A stretch of DNA of 64,000 nt, from assembly GCA_034520945.1 (NCBI GenBank), contig JAXHNB010000010.1:1-64000 (forward strand). Direction: 5' to 3'. Both the position numbers and the translations under genes were made by a program. A model generated the notes under the pieces. It saw only the letters and a program-made list of their open reading frames with translations. It was not told where the DNA came from and did not search any database. Positions 1-10,597 of the stretch are shown here, piece after piece. Positions within the stretch are counted from its first letter, which is position 1; each line of letters opens with the position of its first letter. This DNA comes from Trueperaceae bacterium. GTDB taxonomy: Bacteria > Deinococcota > Deinococci > Deinococcales > Trueperaceae.

Positions 1-234
1 CGGCTTGCCCGCGTTGCCGATCCTGCCCGTGGTAGGCGTGAACCATGGATACCGAATCGAACCGCGATGCTTTCCTATGGGCGGCGCTCGGCTACGTTCG
101 CGGTACGCAACCGGCCGTGTGACGGCCTCCGACACGTCACGACCACGCGTCGCCGGGCTGCATGCCAAGGGCATGCCACGGTCAAACGATCGGCTCGATC
201 GCGGCCGCCCGGAGCATCGGGCTCCGCGCCCCGG

Positions 235-1593
235 TCATTCCTCGCGGGCAGGATCCTCGTTCGTTGCGTACCCACCCGCCAACTCGTCCGCGATCCGCCG
301 CCGCTCGGCCCGGCTGCGCTTGCTGTAGCGCCGCGTGGTCTGCAGGTTGGCGTGGCGTAGCAGGTCGGCGGCGGCGTCGATGCCGTAACGGCGGGTCACT
401 TCGGTGCCGGCGGTGTGGCGGAGGCCGTGCACCTCGCGGCCGGTGTAGCGCACGCCGGCGCGGCCGCAGAGGTCGCGCAGGCGAATGCGGGCGCGGGCCG
501 GGCCGAAGCCCAGCACGCGGGCGCCCGGGTCGCACGATTCGGGGCGGATGGCCTGCAACGCGTCCAGCAGGGCGCCGGCGGCGGGCACGTCGCGAATGCG
601 GCCGCCCTTGCCGACCACGCCGACCAGCAGACCGCGTTCCAGATCGACCTGGCCCCAGGTGAGGTGCGTCGCTTCGGCGTTGCGGAGGCCGCCGGTGGCG
701 CACAACTGCACGAAGGCGGCGTCGATCGGGCCGGCGGCGCGCAGCAGGCGGCCGACCTCGGCGGCGCTGTAGGCCTCGCGCTTGTCCTCGGGCGCGGCCG
801 GGTCGGTGGGGGCGGCCAGGTCCCGGAACGGGTCGGCGTCGGTGGCGCCGACGTGGCGGAGGGCGCGGTAGAGCGCCTTGCCGGCCGCCAGGCGCACCGC
901 GACGGTGGAGGCGGCCAGCGGGCCGCTCAGCTCGCGGCCGCGGACGGTGCGGGGCACGCCGTCGCTCTCCAGGCGGATCAGCCACACCGCGCCGGCGTCG
1001 GGCGAGGGGTGCAGCAGGTTCTCACTGGGCCAGGCGGCCACCAGGTCGTGCACGCCGCGGCGGTAGGCGGCGCGGGTGCGGTCGCTGAGGCCGGCGCGCT
1101 TCTTGCCGCGGGTGGCCAGCACGTAGTGCGTGACCTCCCACAGCGCCCCCGGGTCGCGTTCGTTCGCGGCGCGGACGGCGCGGATGCGGCGCTGTTCGGG
1201 CGTGAGGCGCGCCCAGCGGACGGCGGTGTCGACGGCGTCGTCGCGGCGGACCTGCAGGTCGGTGGCGGCGCTGAGCTGGACCTCGCCGCTGGCGGCGTGC
1301 TGCACCAGCGCGTCGATGCCGCTGCGGAACAGGGTGTGGGCCCGGACACGGCTGACGCCGAAGCGCCGCGCGATGGCGGCGAGGGACTCCGGTTCGGCGC
1401 CTGCGCCCAGGGCGCGCTCCAGCGTGTCGCGGCGGCGGCGCTCCAGCCGGGGGCCGAAGGCGCGCAGCAGCGTCAGCGCGGCGGCCAGGCGCCCAGGGGC
1501 GGCCAGCACTTCACGGGCGCTGCAGGCGCTGCGGTCCGGGCGCAGCAGCGTGAGGGCCAGTTCGTGGGCCGAGGTGCCGGCGTCGGAATCCAT
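235..1593 (-). CDS. Tyrosine recombinase/integrase (XerC/D-like, Deinococcus type) with N-terminal sigma70-region-4-like HTH extension
   Basis: Catalytic set intact: GLRNAEA (R), GKGGR (K), HGLRHT (HxxR), LRHANLQTTRRY (H...Y). N-terminal ESLAAIARRFGVSRVRAHTL resembles the sigma4 HTH. TAACAT -10 lies 6 nt before the ATG. Confidence 0.9.
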   Translation of the reverse strand: MDSDAGTSAHELALTLLRPDRSACSAREVLAAPGRLAAALTLLRAFGPRLERRRRDTLERALGAGAEPESLAAIARRFGVSRVRAHTLFRSGIDALVQHAASGEVQLSAATDLQVRRDDAVDTAVRWARLTPEQRRIRAVRAANERDPGALWEVTHYVLATRGKKRAGLSDRTRAAYRRGVHDLVAAWPSENLLHPSPDAGAVWLIRLESDGVPRTVRGRELSGPLAASTVAVRLAAGKALYRALRHVGATDADPFRDLAAPTDPAAPEDKREAYSAAEVGRLLRAAGPIDAAFVQLCATGGLRNAEATHLTWGQVDLERGLLVGVVGKGGRIRDVPAAGALLDALQAIRPESCDPGARVLGFGPARARIRLRDLCGRAGVRYTGREVHGLRHTAGTEVTRRYGIDAAADLLRHANLQTTRRYSKRSRAERRRIADELAGGYATNEDPAREE

Positions 1594-1600
1594 GGAGGCA

Positions 1601-1643
1601 TGTTAACCCTATAGCGACAAGAGACATTATCGAATCGTTAACA
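1601..1643. promoter_or_regulatory. Candidate tyrosine-recombinase core site overlapping the recombinase promoter
   Basis: AT-rich patch. CGACAA-gagaca-TTATCG (1615-1632) is an inverted repeat with 1 mismatch and a 6-bp spacer, bracketed by TGTTAAC (1601-1607) and GTTAACA (1637-1643). Confidence 0.55.
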
Positions 1644-1720
1644 CGAACGACTTCGCTCGTGCCGCCCCGCGCGCGCCCGCGTTCGGGCCACGACGTCCCG
1701 CGGGGCCGCTTCGCCGGCGT

Positions 1721-1749
1721 CGGCATCATGATGCAGCATCATGATGCCG
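1721..1749. repeat. Perfect 14-bp-arm palindrome made of two tandem 12-bp palindromes GCATCATGATGC
   Basis: CGGCATCATGATGC-A-GCATCATGATGCCG read directly. Confidence 0.9.
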
Positions 1750-1900
1750 CGACGCGAAAGCTTCGCTCCGCCGAGCCGACATCGGCCGCGCCACGCCGAG
1801 CCGCCGTCAGCGGTCCGGCCGCGCAGGTCCGACCGAACAACGCTACGCGACCCGAGCCAGCGCTACGCGATCTGGCGCCTGCGGCGTGCGCCACGCCACG

Positions 1901-1932
1901 ACGAGCGCCCCGCTGGACGGCGGGGCGCTCGT
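1901..1932. terminator. GC-rich hairpin downstream of cupredoxin gene (terminator-like)
   Basis: ACGAGCGCCCCGC-tggacg-GCGGGGCGCTCGT, 13-bp stem, no U tract. Confidence 0.5.
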
Positions 1933-1968
1933 GCCGCTGTCGCTAGCTGTGCCTCCAGCGCCGCAGCG

Positions 1969-2454
1969 TCACTCGATCACGAACGGTGCCTTCATGCCGG
2001 CCTCGTAGTGGCCGGGCACGAAGCAGGCAATCTCCCAGGTCCCGATCAGCTCGGAAGGCACGGTCACGTGGATCGTCACCGACTCGCCCTCCTCGAGCTC
2101 GATCTCGATCAGGCCGCTGGTACCGACCTCCCAGTCGTCGCCGACGACATCGACGTCGACGGCGTCGAGCAGGTTCGTCTCGTAGCCGTCGGGAGCGCCG
2201 TCGACCATGACGAGGTCGCGGCCGACGAGCACCTCGTGCTCCATCGTGCCGACGTTGGCGAACACGAACTCGTATGGTCGTCCTGCTTCCAGGACGATCG
2301 CTTCGTTCTGCTCCTGACCCTCGATCTGGAAGTAGTACTCGCCCATCTCTATGCGCACCACCGTCCGCTCCGACTCCTGGGCGAACGCCGCCGAGCCCGC
2401 AAGCATCATCACGACCACAACCAAAACGGTTCCGAGGGATCTGCGTACTAGCAT
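1969..2454 (-). CDS. Secreted cupredoxin (plastocyanin/azurin-like blue copper protein)
   Basis: Signal peptide ending AFA-Q; type-1 Cu ligands H (MEHEV) and C-x-x-P-G-H-x-x-x-G-M; RBS GGAGAGAGGA before ATG 2454. Confidence 0.85.
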   Translation of the reverse strand: MLVRRSLGTVLVVVVMMLAGSAAFAQESERTVVRIEMGEYYFQIEGQEQNEAIVLEAGRPYEFVFANVGTMEHEVLVGRDLVMVDGAPDGYETNLLDAVDVDVVGDDWEVGTSGLIEIELEEGESVTIHVTVPSELIGTWEIACFVPGHYEAGMKAPFVIE

Positions 2455-2619
2455 GCCGTATCCTCTCTCCGGCAACTCTCCGCCCAGCTGGAACTCGGCG
2501 ACCACGCGCGAGCGTACCGGTCGCCGCCTCGACGTGTCAACGGCCATGGGGACGTAGCTCTTCGTCATTCTTGGTGGTGGTTGAGGGGTGCGCGCTGTCG
2601 AAGTTGGGCGCATGCCGGG

Positions 2620-2866
2620 ATCGAAGGTTTCCCGTCCTTGCGGCCAACGACGGATACGGGTGCGGGGCTTCGCGCGCTCAGCGCCCCGTCTGTGTGGTCA
2701 GAGGCACGACCACGAGGGTAGGAAAGCGGGACCGACCGAGCAGTTCCGGAAGGCCGACCACCACTGCAGGCCTGCGGATCTCCTGCTCGTGACCGGAAGG
2801 TCTGCTTCGAGGCAACGAAGCGAGGAGTACGTCGCCCCGACGCGGCGGATCAGGATTCCTCGCCAC
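2620..2866 (-). pseudogene. PemK/MazF-family toxin, disrupted
   Basis: RRGDVLLASLP...GHEQ..RRPAVVV...VVVPLTT is the PemK N-terminal signature. In-frame TGA at 2680-2678 is followed by PemK-like AREAPHPYPSL...GNL, then similarity ends. Confidence 0.75.
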
Positions 2867-3101
2867 CGACCCACCCACGAATAGGGTCGTAGCGCAACGG
2901 CTCGCCAAGCTCCTCGGGATCGAGCCGCCCGTGCGCATCGGCTTCGAGCGGAGGTGCCAGCGAGGCGTCGTGCCACGACCGCAGGTCATCAGACGCCGAC
3001 AAGGGCTCTTCACGCTCGCCGCCCATGGCCCTCGCCAAGGTACGGACCGAGATGCCACGGGACCGAAGAAACGCTCGGAGCCGCCAAACGACGCGCATCA
3101 T
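2850..3101 (-). CDS. Putative antitoxin (HTH-like N-terminus, acidic C-terminus), possibly internally deleted
   Basis: 83 aa MMRVVWRLRAFLRSRGISVRTLARAMG...; overlaps the toxin start; TACGAT -10 lies 6 nt before the ATG. Confidence 0.6.
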   Translation of the reverse strand: MMRVVWRLRAFLRSRGISVRTLARAMGGEREEPLSASDDLRSWHDASLAPPLEADAHGRLDPEELGEPLRYDPIRGWVGGEES

Positions 3102-3233
3102 GGATGAATCGTATCGCTTGGGGGCATGCCGCGCCACGTTCCTCCCCGCGCGTCCGAGCGCCGCCCGCGGCGTGAGGGATGCCATTGACGCCCGCGTGCG
3201 GCCGCGCGTACGCTCCAGTCCGAGGAGGCACAT

Positions 3234-3593
3234 GTGAAGCGTCTTGCCTTGAGTTCGTTGCTGGTGGCGGGGGTCCTGGTGGCCTGTGCGCCGCAGGCCA
3301 CGGTCATGAACCACGTCGTCCCGAGCCTGATCTCGGTGCAACTGCCGCAGGACGACGGCGAACCGATCCGCCTCGACGGCCGCTACTTCGGGGACGGGCA
3401 GGACGGCCAGGCCGACGACAGCTACGTCGTGATCGGCGCACGCGGCGACTGCACCGGCGGCGTCGAGCTCCAGGCCGACACCTGGAGCGCCAACCGCATC
3501 ACCTTCCGCGATCCCGGTGGGGTCGGCTCGGGTTTCGTGTGCGTGGTGGCGAATGGTGTCACCAGCAACGGCTTGCCGCTCGACCTGAACTGA
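3234..3593 (+). CDS. Small lipoprotein with IPT/TIG-like beta domain
   Basis: RBS GAGGAGG; lipobox LVAC; G-x-x-F-G and W-S-x-x-x-I motifs. Confidence 0.7.
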   Translation: MKRLALSSLLVAGVLVACAPQATVMNHVVPSLISVQLPQDDGEPIRLDGRYFGDGQDGQADDSYVVIGARGDCTGGVELQADTWSANRITFRDPGGVGSGFVCVVANGVTSNGLPLDLN

Positions 3594-3667
3594 TCGCCTG
3601 AACGGATCGCACGCCCACGCAGGTGTCGACGGTCGGCCGTTCGCGGCCGACCGTTCGCGTGCCGGCT

Positions 3668-4600
3668 TCACGTGCCGGCCTCGCGGGCGCGGCGGGCCAG
3701 CCGCGTCGCCACCAGCGGCGACGTCACCATCTGCACCACCGCGTACACCACGGCCGGCAACGCCACCTCCGGCGGGAGCCCCGACGCGAACACCATGAAC
3801 GCCGCGATCGAGAACTCCTTCTTCGAGACGGTGAACAGCAGCGCCGTCCGGTCGGCCGACGCCGGCAGCCGCCGCCCGGCCGCCCACCCCAGCAGGTAGC
3901 CGGTTCCGTTGAGGAGCAGCGCCACGCCGACCGCGCCCGCCACCATGGCCGGCCGGGCCAGGATCATGCCGGCGTTGGGGCCGACGACGGCCAGCACCAG
4001 CGCCAGGTAGGCCAGCGACGCCGTCGCCGACGCGACCGGCTCCAGCGGCGCGACGCGGCCGGGCCGCCAGGTCCGGAGCGCGACGCCGCAGGCGGTCGGC
4101 GCCAGCACCACCAGCGCCAGCTCGAGGATCAGCGGGGCGACCGGCACCTGCAGGTCCACCCCGGTGTACGCGAGGAAGATCGCCGGCACCAGCACCGGCG
4201 CCAGGGCGGTGTTGACGGCGTTGAGGACCGTGGCCAGCGCGACGTTGCCCCGCGCGATCAGCACCAGCAGCGGCGAGGACACGTCGGTCGGCAGGGCGCC
4301 GACCAGCGCGAAGCCCAGGGCGAACGGCCCCACCCCGAACGCCAGGCGCCCCAGCAGGAACCCCGCCAGGCTCATCGGGCCGTACACCAGGAACGTCGCC
4401 AACGCCTGCACGCCCGGCCGGGTCAGGACGCGCCGCAACGTGGCCAGGTCGAAGGTGAGGCTCACGCAGAACATCAGCAGCGCCAGCAGCGGGGTGACGG
4501 CGGGGCGCAGGGCGACGCCGAGGGCGGGGACCAGCAGGCCGGCCGCTGCGGCGGCCAGCACCAGTGGCGTCAGGTTGTTCTCGATCGTCCGCAGGCGCAC
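3668..4600 (-). CDS. Bile acid:sodium symporter (BASS/Acr3) family membrane protein
   Basis: About 9-10 hydrophobic segments; LLMFCVSL, ARGNVALA and NTALAPVLVP motifs; start GTG 4600 estimated. Confidence 0.85.
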   Translation of the reverse strand: MRLRTIENNLTPLVLAAAAAGLLVPALGVALRPAVTPLLALLMFCVSLTFDLATLRRVLTRPGVQALATFLVYGPMSLAGFLLGRLAFGVGPFALGFALVGALPTDVSSPLLVLIARGNVALATVLNAVNTALAPVLVPAIFLAYTGVDLQVPVAPLILELALVVLAPTACGVALRTWRPGRVAPLEPVASATASLAYLALVLAVVGPNAGMILARPAMVAGAVGVALLLNGTGYLLGWAAGRRLPASADRTALLFTVSKKEFSIAAFMVFASGLPPEVALPAVVYAVVQMVTSPLVATRLARRAREAGT

Positions 4601-4769
4601 GGGGGCGGCCCTCCCTTCCGCTCCGCCGGCGGGCGTGGCTTGCTGGCCGCGTGCCTGACGGGGTCGCGCGCCGTCATGGTACGCGCTCCCGTCCGGGCGC
4701 ACCGCCGTCCGCACGCCGACCGTGGCCGGTCCCGGCGTGTGTGCAACGAGCATGTATGCTCTGCGGGTG

Positions 4770-6026
4770 ATGCGCGTTCGAGCCGTGAAAGGCACCTATG
4801 ACGTCCTGCCCGAACGCCAGCCGGTCTGGCGCCACCTGCGCGGCACGGTGGAGCGGGTTCTCGGCCGCGCCGGCGTGCGCGAGATCGTGACGCCCGTGTT
4901 CGAGCACAGCGACGTGTTCGACCGGTCGGTGGGCGACTCCGCCGACCTGGTGGTCCAGAAGGAGATGTACCGCTTCGAGGACCGGGGCGGGCGCAGCCTG
5001 ACCCTGCGGCCCGAGTTCACGGCCGGCGTGCTGCGCGCCTTCGTCGACCACGGCATGCACACCCGGCCCACGCCGGTCAAGCTGTGGAGCCTGGGGCCGG
5101 CGTTTCGCGCCGAGAACGTCCAACGCGGACGCTACCGGCAGTTCCACCAGGTCAACTGCGAGTTCCTGGGCTTGCCGGGGCCGCTGATCGACGCGGAGGC
5201 GATCGCGTTGCTGCACGACCTGCTGGCCGCCCTCGGCCTGTCCGACCTGCGCGTCGCCCTCGGCAGCGTCGGCGACCCCGAGGATCGCGAGGCGTACAAC
5301 GCCTACCTGCGCGAGGCGTTGACGCCCGTGGCGGATGAACTTAGCGAGGCCAGCCGGGCGCGGCTGCGCCTGAACCCGATGCGGGTGCTGGACAGCAAGG
5401 AGGCACGCGACCAGGAGCTGCTGGCCGGCCTGGACAAGCCCTTGGACCGCTTGGGCGACGCGGCCCGGGCGCACCTCGACGCCGTGGCCGCCACCCTGGA
5501 CGCCTGGGGCATCGCCTACGAGCTGGCGCCCGACATCGTGCGGGGCCTCGACTACTACCGGCGCACCGCCTTCGAGATCCACGCCGAGGGGATCGGCGCG
5601 CAGTCGGCCTTGGCGGGCGGCGGGCGCTACGACGGGCTCGTCGCGGCGCTGGGCGGCCCCCCCACCCCCGGCATCGGCTGGGCGGTCGGCGTCGAGCGGG
5701 TTCTGGATGCGCTGGACGCGGCCGGCGCGCTGCCGGGTCCGCCCGCCGGGCCGGACCTGTTCCTGGTGCCGATGGACGACCCCGCCGTGGCCGAGGCCGC
5801 CACGCTGGCGCGGGAGCTCCGCGGCACGCTGCACGTCGAGCACGCCTACGCGCGGCGCGCGCCCGGCAAGGGCCTGCGCGACGCCGACCGCGCCGGCGCC
5901 CGGTACGCCGCCCTGCGGGGCGAGCGCGAGCGCGAACGCGGCGCGTGGACCCTGAAGCACCTGGCCCGCGGGGACCAGCGCGAAGTCGAGCAGGACGCGC
6001 TGGCCGCGGCCGTTCGGGAGGAGTGA
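4770..6026 (+). CDS. hisS: Histidine--tRNA ligase
   Basis: LRPEFTA, GRYRQFHQ, RGLDYY, GGGRYDGL; leaderless -10 TATGCT (4755-4760), so the start may be GTG 4767. Confidence 0.98.
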   Translation: MRVRAVKGTYDVLPERQPVWRHLRGTVERVLGRAGVREIVTPVFEHSDVFDRSVGDSADLVVQKEMYRFEDRGGRSLTLRPEFTAGVLRAFVDHGMHTRPTPVKLWSLGPAFRAENVQRGRYRQFHQVNCEFLGLPGPLIDAEAIALLHDLLAALGLSDLRVALGSVGDPEDREAYNAYLREALTPVADELSEASRARLRLNPMRVLDSKEARDQELLAGLDKPLDRLGDAARAHLDAVAATLDAWGIAYELAPDIVRGLDYYRRTAFEIHAEGIGAQSALAGGGRYDGLVAALGGPPTPGIGWAVGVERVLDALDAAGALPGPPAGPDLFLVPMDDPAVAEAATLARELRGTLHVEHAYARRAPGKGLRDADRAGARYAALRGERERERGAWTLKHLARGDQREVEQDALAAAVREE

Positions 6027-6028
6027 GC

Positions 6029-7821
<1,793 letters not shown>

Positions 7822-7825
<4 letters not shown>

Positions 7826-8631
7826 TTCCGCTGGTGCTCCTGGACCTGGACGGCACGCTGATCGGCGAGGGCGGGACGGTGCGGCCGTGCGTGTGGGACG
7901 CTGCCGCGGCGGCGCGCAACGCCGGCGTGCGCTTGGCGGTCTGCACCGGCCGGCCCGGCTTCGGGATCGCCGCCCGCGTGGCGCGGGAGCTGGACCCCGA
8001 CACGCCGCACATCTTCCAGAACGGGGCGCAGGTCATCTACATCGACGGCGACACCGTCCAGGTGAGCGCCCTGCGCCAGAGGTCGACGGAGCGCCTGGTG
8101 CGGCACGCCCGCGAGCGTGGACTGGTGCTCGAGCTGTACACGCCCGACGCCCTCTACGTCGAGCGTCGCACCGAGATCAGCACCGCCCACGCCAAGATGA
8201 TCGGGGTGAACGCGATCGTGCGGGACCTCGCGGGGGTGGCGGCGGACGAACCGGTGGTGCGGGCCCAGTGGGTGGTCGGGCACGACCGCATCGACGAGGC
8301 GTTGGAGATCGAGGTCGACGGCGTCGACGCGGGCGTCGCCACCAGCCCCGCGCTGAAGGACACCTACTTCGTCAGCCTGACGCGTACCGGCGTCAGCAAG
8401 GGCAGCGCCGCCACGCTGTTGTGCAAGCGGCTGGAGATCGACCCGGCCCACGCGATGGCGGTCGGGGACAGCCTCGGCGACGCCTCGATGCTGGACGCCG
8501 TCGGGCACCCGCGCGTGATGGGCGATGCGCCGGCCGAGATGTTGGCGCGCTACCCGCATCATCTCGGCACGACCGAGACCTGTGGCGCGGCTGCGGCGTT
8601 GGAGGAGGCGGTCCGCGCGCGGCGGCGCTGA
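7822..8631 (+). CDS. Cof-type HAD-IIB hydrolase
   Basis: DLDGTL, CTGR, NGA, VSKG, GDSLGD motifs; ATGA overlap with aspS. Confidence 0.9.
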
Positions 8632-8670
8632 GGGGCGGGCCTGCGGGGCGGCGTTGGTACACTTCGCGCC

Positions 8671-9972
8671 ATGGACGCCCCCACCGCCATCGCAGATCTT
8701 CCCGCTTCGCTGGGCCGCCCCGTCCGCGTGGAGGGGTGGCTGACCGGCCTCCGCTCCAGCGGCAAGATCGCCTTTCTGCAGCTCCGGGACGGCAGCGGCT
8801 TCGTGCAGGCGGTGCTGCCGGCCGACGCCGTGGACGAGGCGACCTTCCAACAGGCGCGGCGCTTGTCGCAGGAGTCGGCGCTGCGCGTCATCGGCGAGGT
8901 GTCGGAGGACCGCCGCGCCCCCAGCGGCGTCGAGATCCAGGTGCACGGACTGGAGGTCGTGGCGGAGGGCGGCGCGTACCCCATCACCCCCAAGGAGCAC
9001 GGCGTCGACTTCCTGTTCGAGCATCGGCACCTGCACCTTCGCCACAAGGGACCGTGGGCGATGATGCGGGTGCGGGACACGATCGAGCGCGCCATCCACG
9101 ACTTCTTCGCCGAGCGGGGCTTCCTTCGCTTCGACACGCCCCTGTTCATGCCGACCGCCGTCGAGGGCACCACCAACCTGTTCTCCATCGACCTGTTCGG
9201 CGAAGGCTCCGCCTACCTGGCGCAGTCCGGGCAGTTGTACGCGGAGGCGGGCGCGTTGGCGTTCGGCAAGGTCTACACCTTCGGGCCGACCTTCCGTGCC
9301 GAGAAGAGCAAGACACGGCGGCACCTGCTGGAGTTCTGGATGGTGGAACCCGAGGTCGCCTGGCTGGACCACGACGGCAACGTCGCGCTGCAGGAGGCGT
9401 TCGTGGCCTACCTGGCGGGCCGCGTGCTGGAGGAGCGACGCCCCGAGCTCGACATGTTGGGCCGCGACCCCGCCGCGCTGGAGACGACGGCGGGCGGCGG
9501 GTTCGCCCGCATCAGCTACGACCGGGCGCTGGAGCTGCTGGCCGCGGCCGGGCACGAGCTCGCCTGGGGCGACGACTTCGGCGCCCCCCACGAGACCCTC
9601 CTGGGCGACGCCTTCGGGCGCCCGGTGTTCGTGGAGGCGTGGCCGGCCGAGGCGAAGGCGTTCTACATGGAGCCGTACCCAGATGATCCCACCCGCTCGA
9701 AGTGCGCCGACCTGATCGCGCCGGAAGGGTACGGCGAGATCATCGGCGGTTCGGAACGCATTCACGACCCGGCGCTGCTGGAGGCGCGCATCGAGGCCCA
9801 CGGGTTGCCGCGTGACGCGTTCGCCTGGTACCTCGACCTTCGGCGCCACGGCAGCGTGCCGCACAGCGGCTTCGGCATGGGCCTGGAGCGGCTCCTCGCC
9901 TGGTTCACCGGCGCGCAGCACCTCCGCGAGGTGGTGCCGTTCCCGCGCATGCTGACGCGCATGTACCCCTGA
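8671..9972 (+). CDS. asnS: Asparagine--tRNA ligase
   Basis: [62 protein letters not shown]; TGgTACACT 7 nt before ATG. Confidence 0.96.
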   Translation: MDAPTAIADLPASLGRPVRVEGWLTGLRSSGKIAFLQLRDGSGFVQAVLPADAVDEATFQQARRLSQESALRVIGEVSEDRRAPSGVEIQVHGLEVVAEGGAYPITPKEHGVDFLFEHRHLHLRHKGPWAMMRVRDTIERAIHDFFAERGFLRFDTPLFMPTAVEGTTNLFSIDLFGEGSAYLAQSGQLYAEAGALAFGKVYTFGPTFRAEKSKTRRHLLEFWMVEPEVAWLDHDGNVALQEAFVAYLAGRVLEERRPELDMLGRDPAALETTAGGGFARISYDRALELLAAAGHELAWGDDFGAPHETLLGDAFGRPVFVEAWPAEAKAFYMEPYPDDPTRSKCADLIAPEGYGEIIGGSERIHDPALLEARIEAHGLPRDAFAWYLDLRRHGSVPHSGFGMGLERLLAWFTGAQHLREVVPFPRMLTRMYP

Positions 9973-10000
9973 GCGATCCCGGGACGCGCACGCGTGGGCG

Positions 10001-10597
10001 TCAATCCAGGGCGGAGGGGGCGGCCAGGTGGGACGGCCACGGCCTGCCGGCACGTCCTTCGCGCAGGTAGGCGGTCCGCTCGATCCCCTGCTCCAGGAGG
10101 GTGCGCTCCAGTGAGCCCAGGATCTGTCGTTCCTGCGCGACGTCCAGCGGCGCGTCGTGCGCCGGGAGGTCCAGGACGGCGGCGGGGCGGCGTTCCACCT
10201 CGAGGGCGAACACCTGCGGACTCGGGAGGTCCGGCGGCCACGTCCCCTCCTCCACCATCACCGTGCGCACCGCGTCGACCAGCGCCTGCAGGCGCGCCCC
10301 TTCCCCTCCGGCATCGACCACCTCCCGGCGGACGGGGCGCGCCGCTCCGTTCTCGTCCAGGACGTAGACCGTGGCTTCGGTGCGCGGCGGGTTTTCCGGT
10401 GCCTCCGCCGGTACGCGGAGGTCCGGCACCTCGGCCGGGGGTCGGGGCGGCTCGGCGCGCAGGAAGGTCACGCCGGTCACCAGGACGGCCAGGAGCGGCA
10501 GGATCACCTGAGGCGACGCCCAGTGAATGCCGCCGGGTCCGGGCGGCGTCGGCCCGCCCTGCGCGTCGCGCCGGGCGGGGTCCGAGTCGGACCTCAC
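10001..10597 (-). CDS. Membrane-anchored GerMN-like domain protein
   Basis: One TM segment, then AVLDLP...ERQILGSLERTL; GTGA overlap with the amidase stop. Confidence 0.55.
   Translation of the reverse strand: MRSDSDPARRDAQGGPTPPGPGGIHWASPQVILPLLAVLVTGVTFLRAEPPRPPAEVPDLRVPAEAPENPPRTEATVYVLDENGAARPVRREVVDAGGEGARLQALVDAVRTVMVEEGTWPPDLPSPQVFALEVERRPAAVLDLPAHDAPLDVAQERQILGSLERTLLEQGIERTAYLREGRAGRPWPSHLAAPSALD

Noticed and set aside
1..234. Gene or element end at the left edge
   Set aside because: No recognisable protein motif or terminal repeat; cannot be judged without the upstream sequence.
415..1614. Long antisense or alternative-frame ORFs, here and throughout (e.g. 7501-10053, 11946-14771, 44567-46351, 60025-61998)
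   Set aside because: Shadow ORFs from high GC: Arg/Pro/Gly-rich, motif-free, and overlapping clearly identified genes.
2678..2680. Selenocysteine or programmed read-through at the PemK TGA
   Set aside because: The position fits Trp rather than Cys, no SECIS-like hairpin is evident, and the 3' part is also decayed.
235..4600. Integron (integrase plus cassette array)
   Set aside because: No attC-like repeats seen between the genes, no IntI-specific insertion evident, and gene orientations are mixed.
4600..4770. T-box riboswitch before hisS
   Set aside because: No T-box motif; a -10 box abuts the start codon, so the gene is leaderless.
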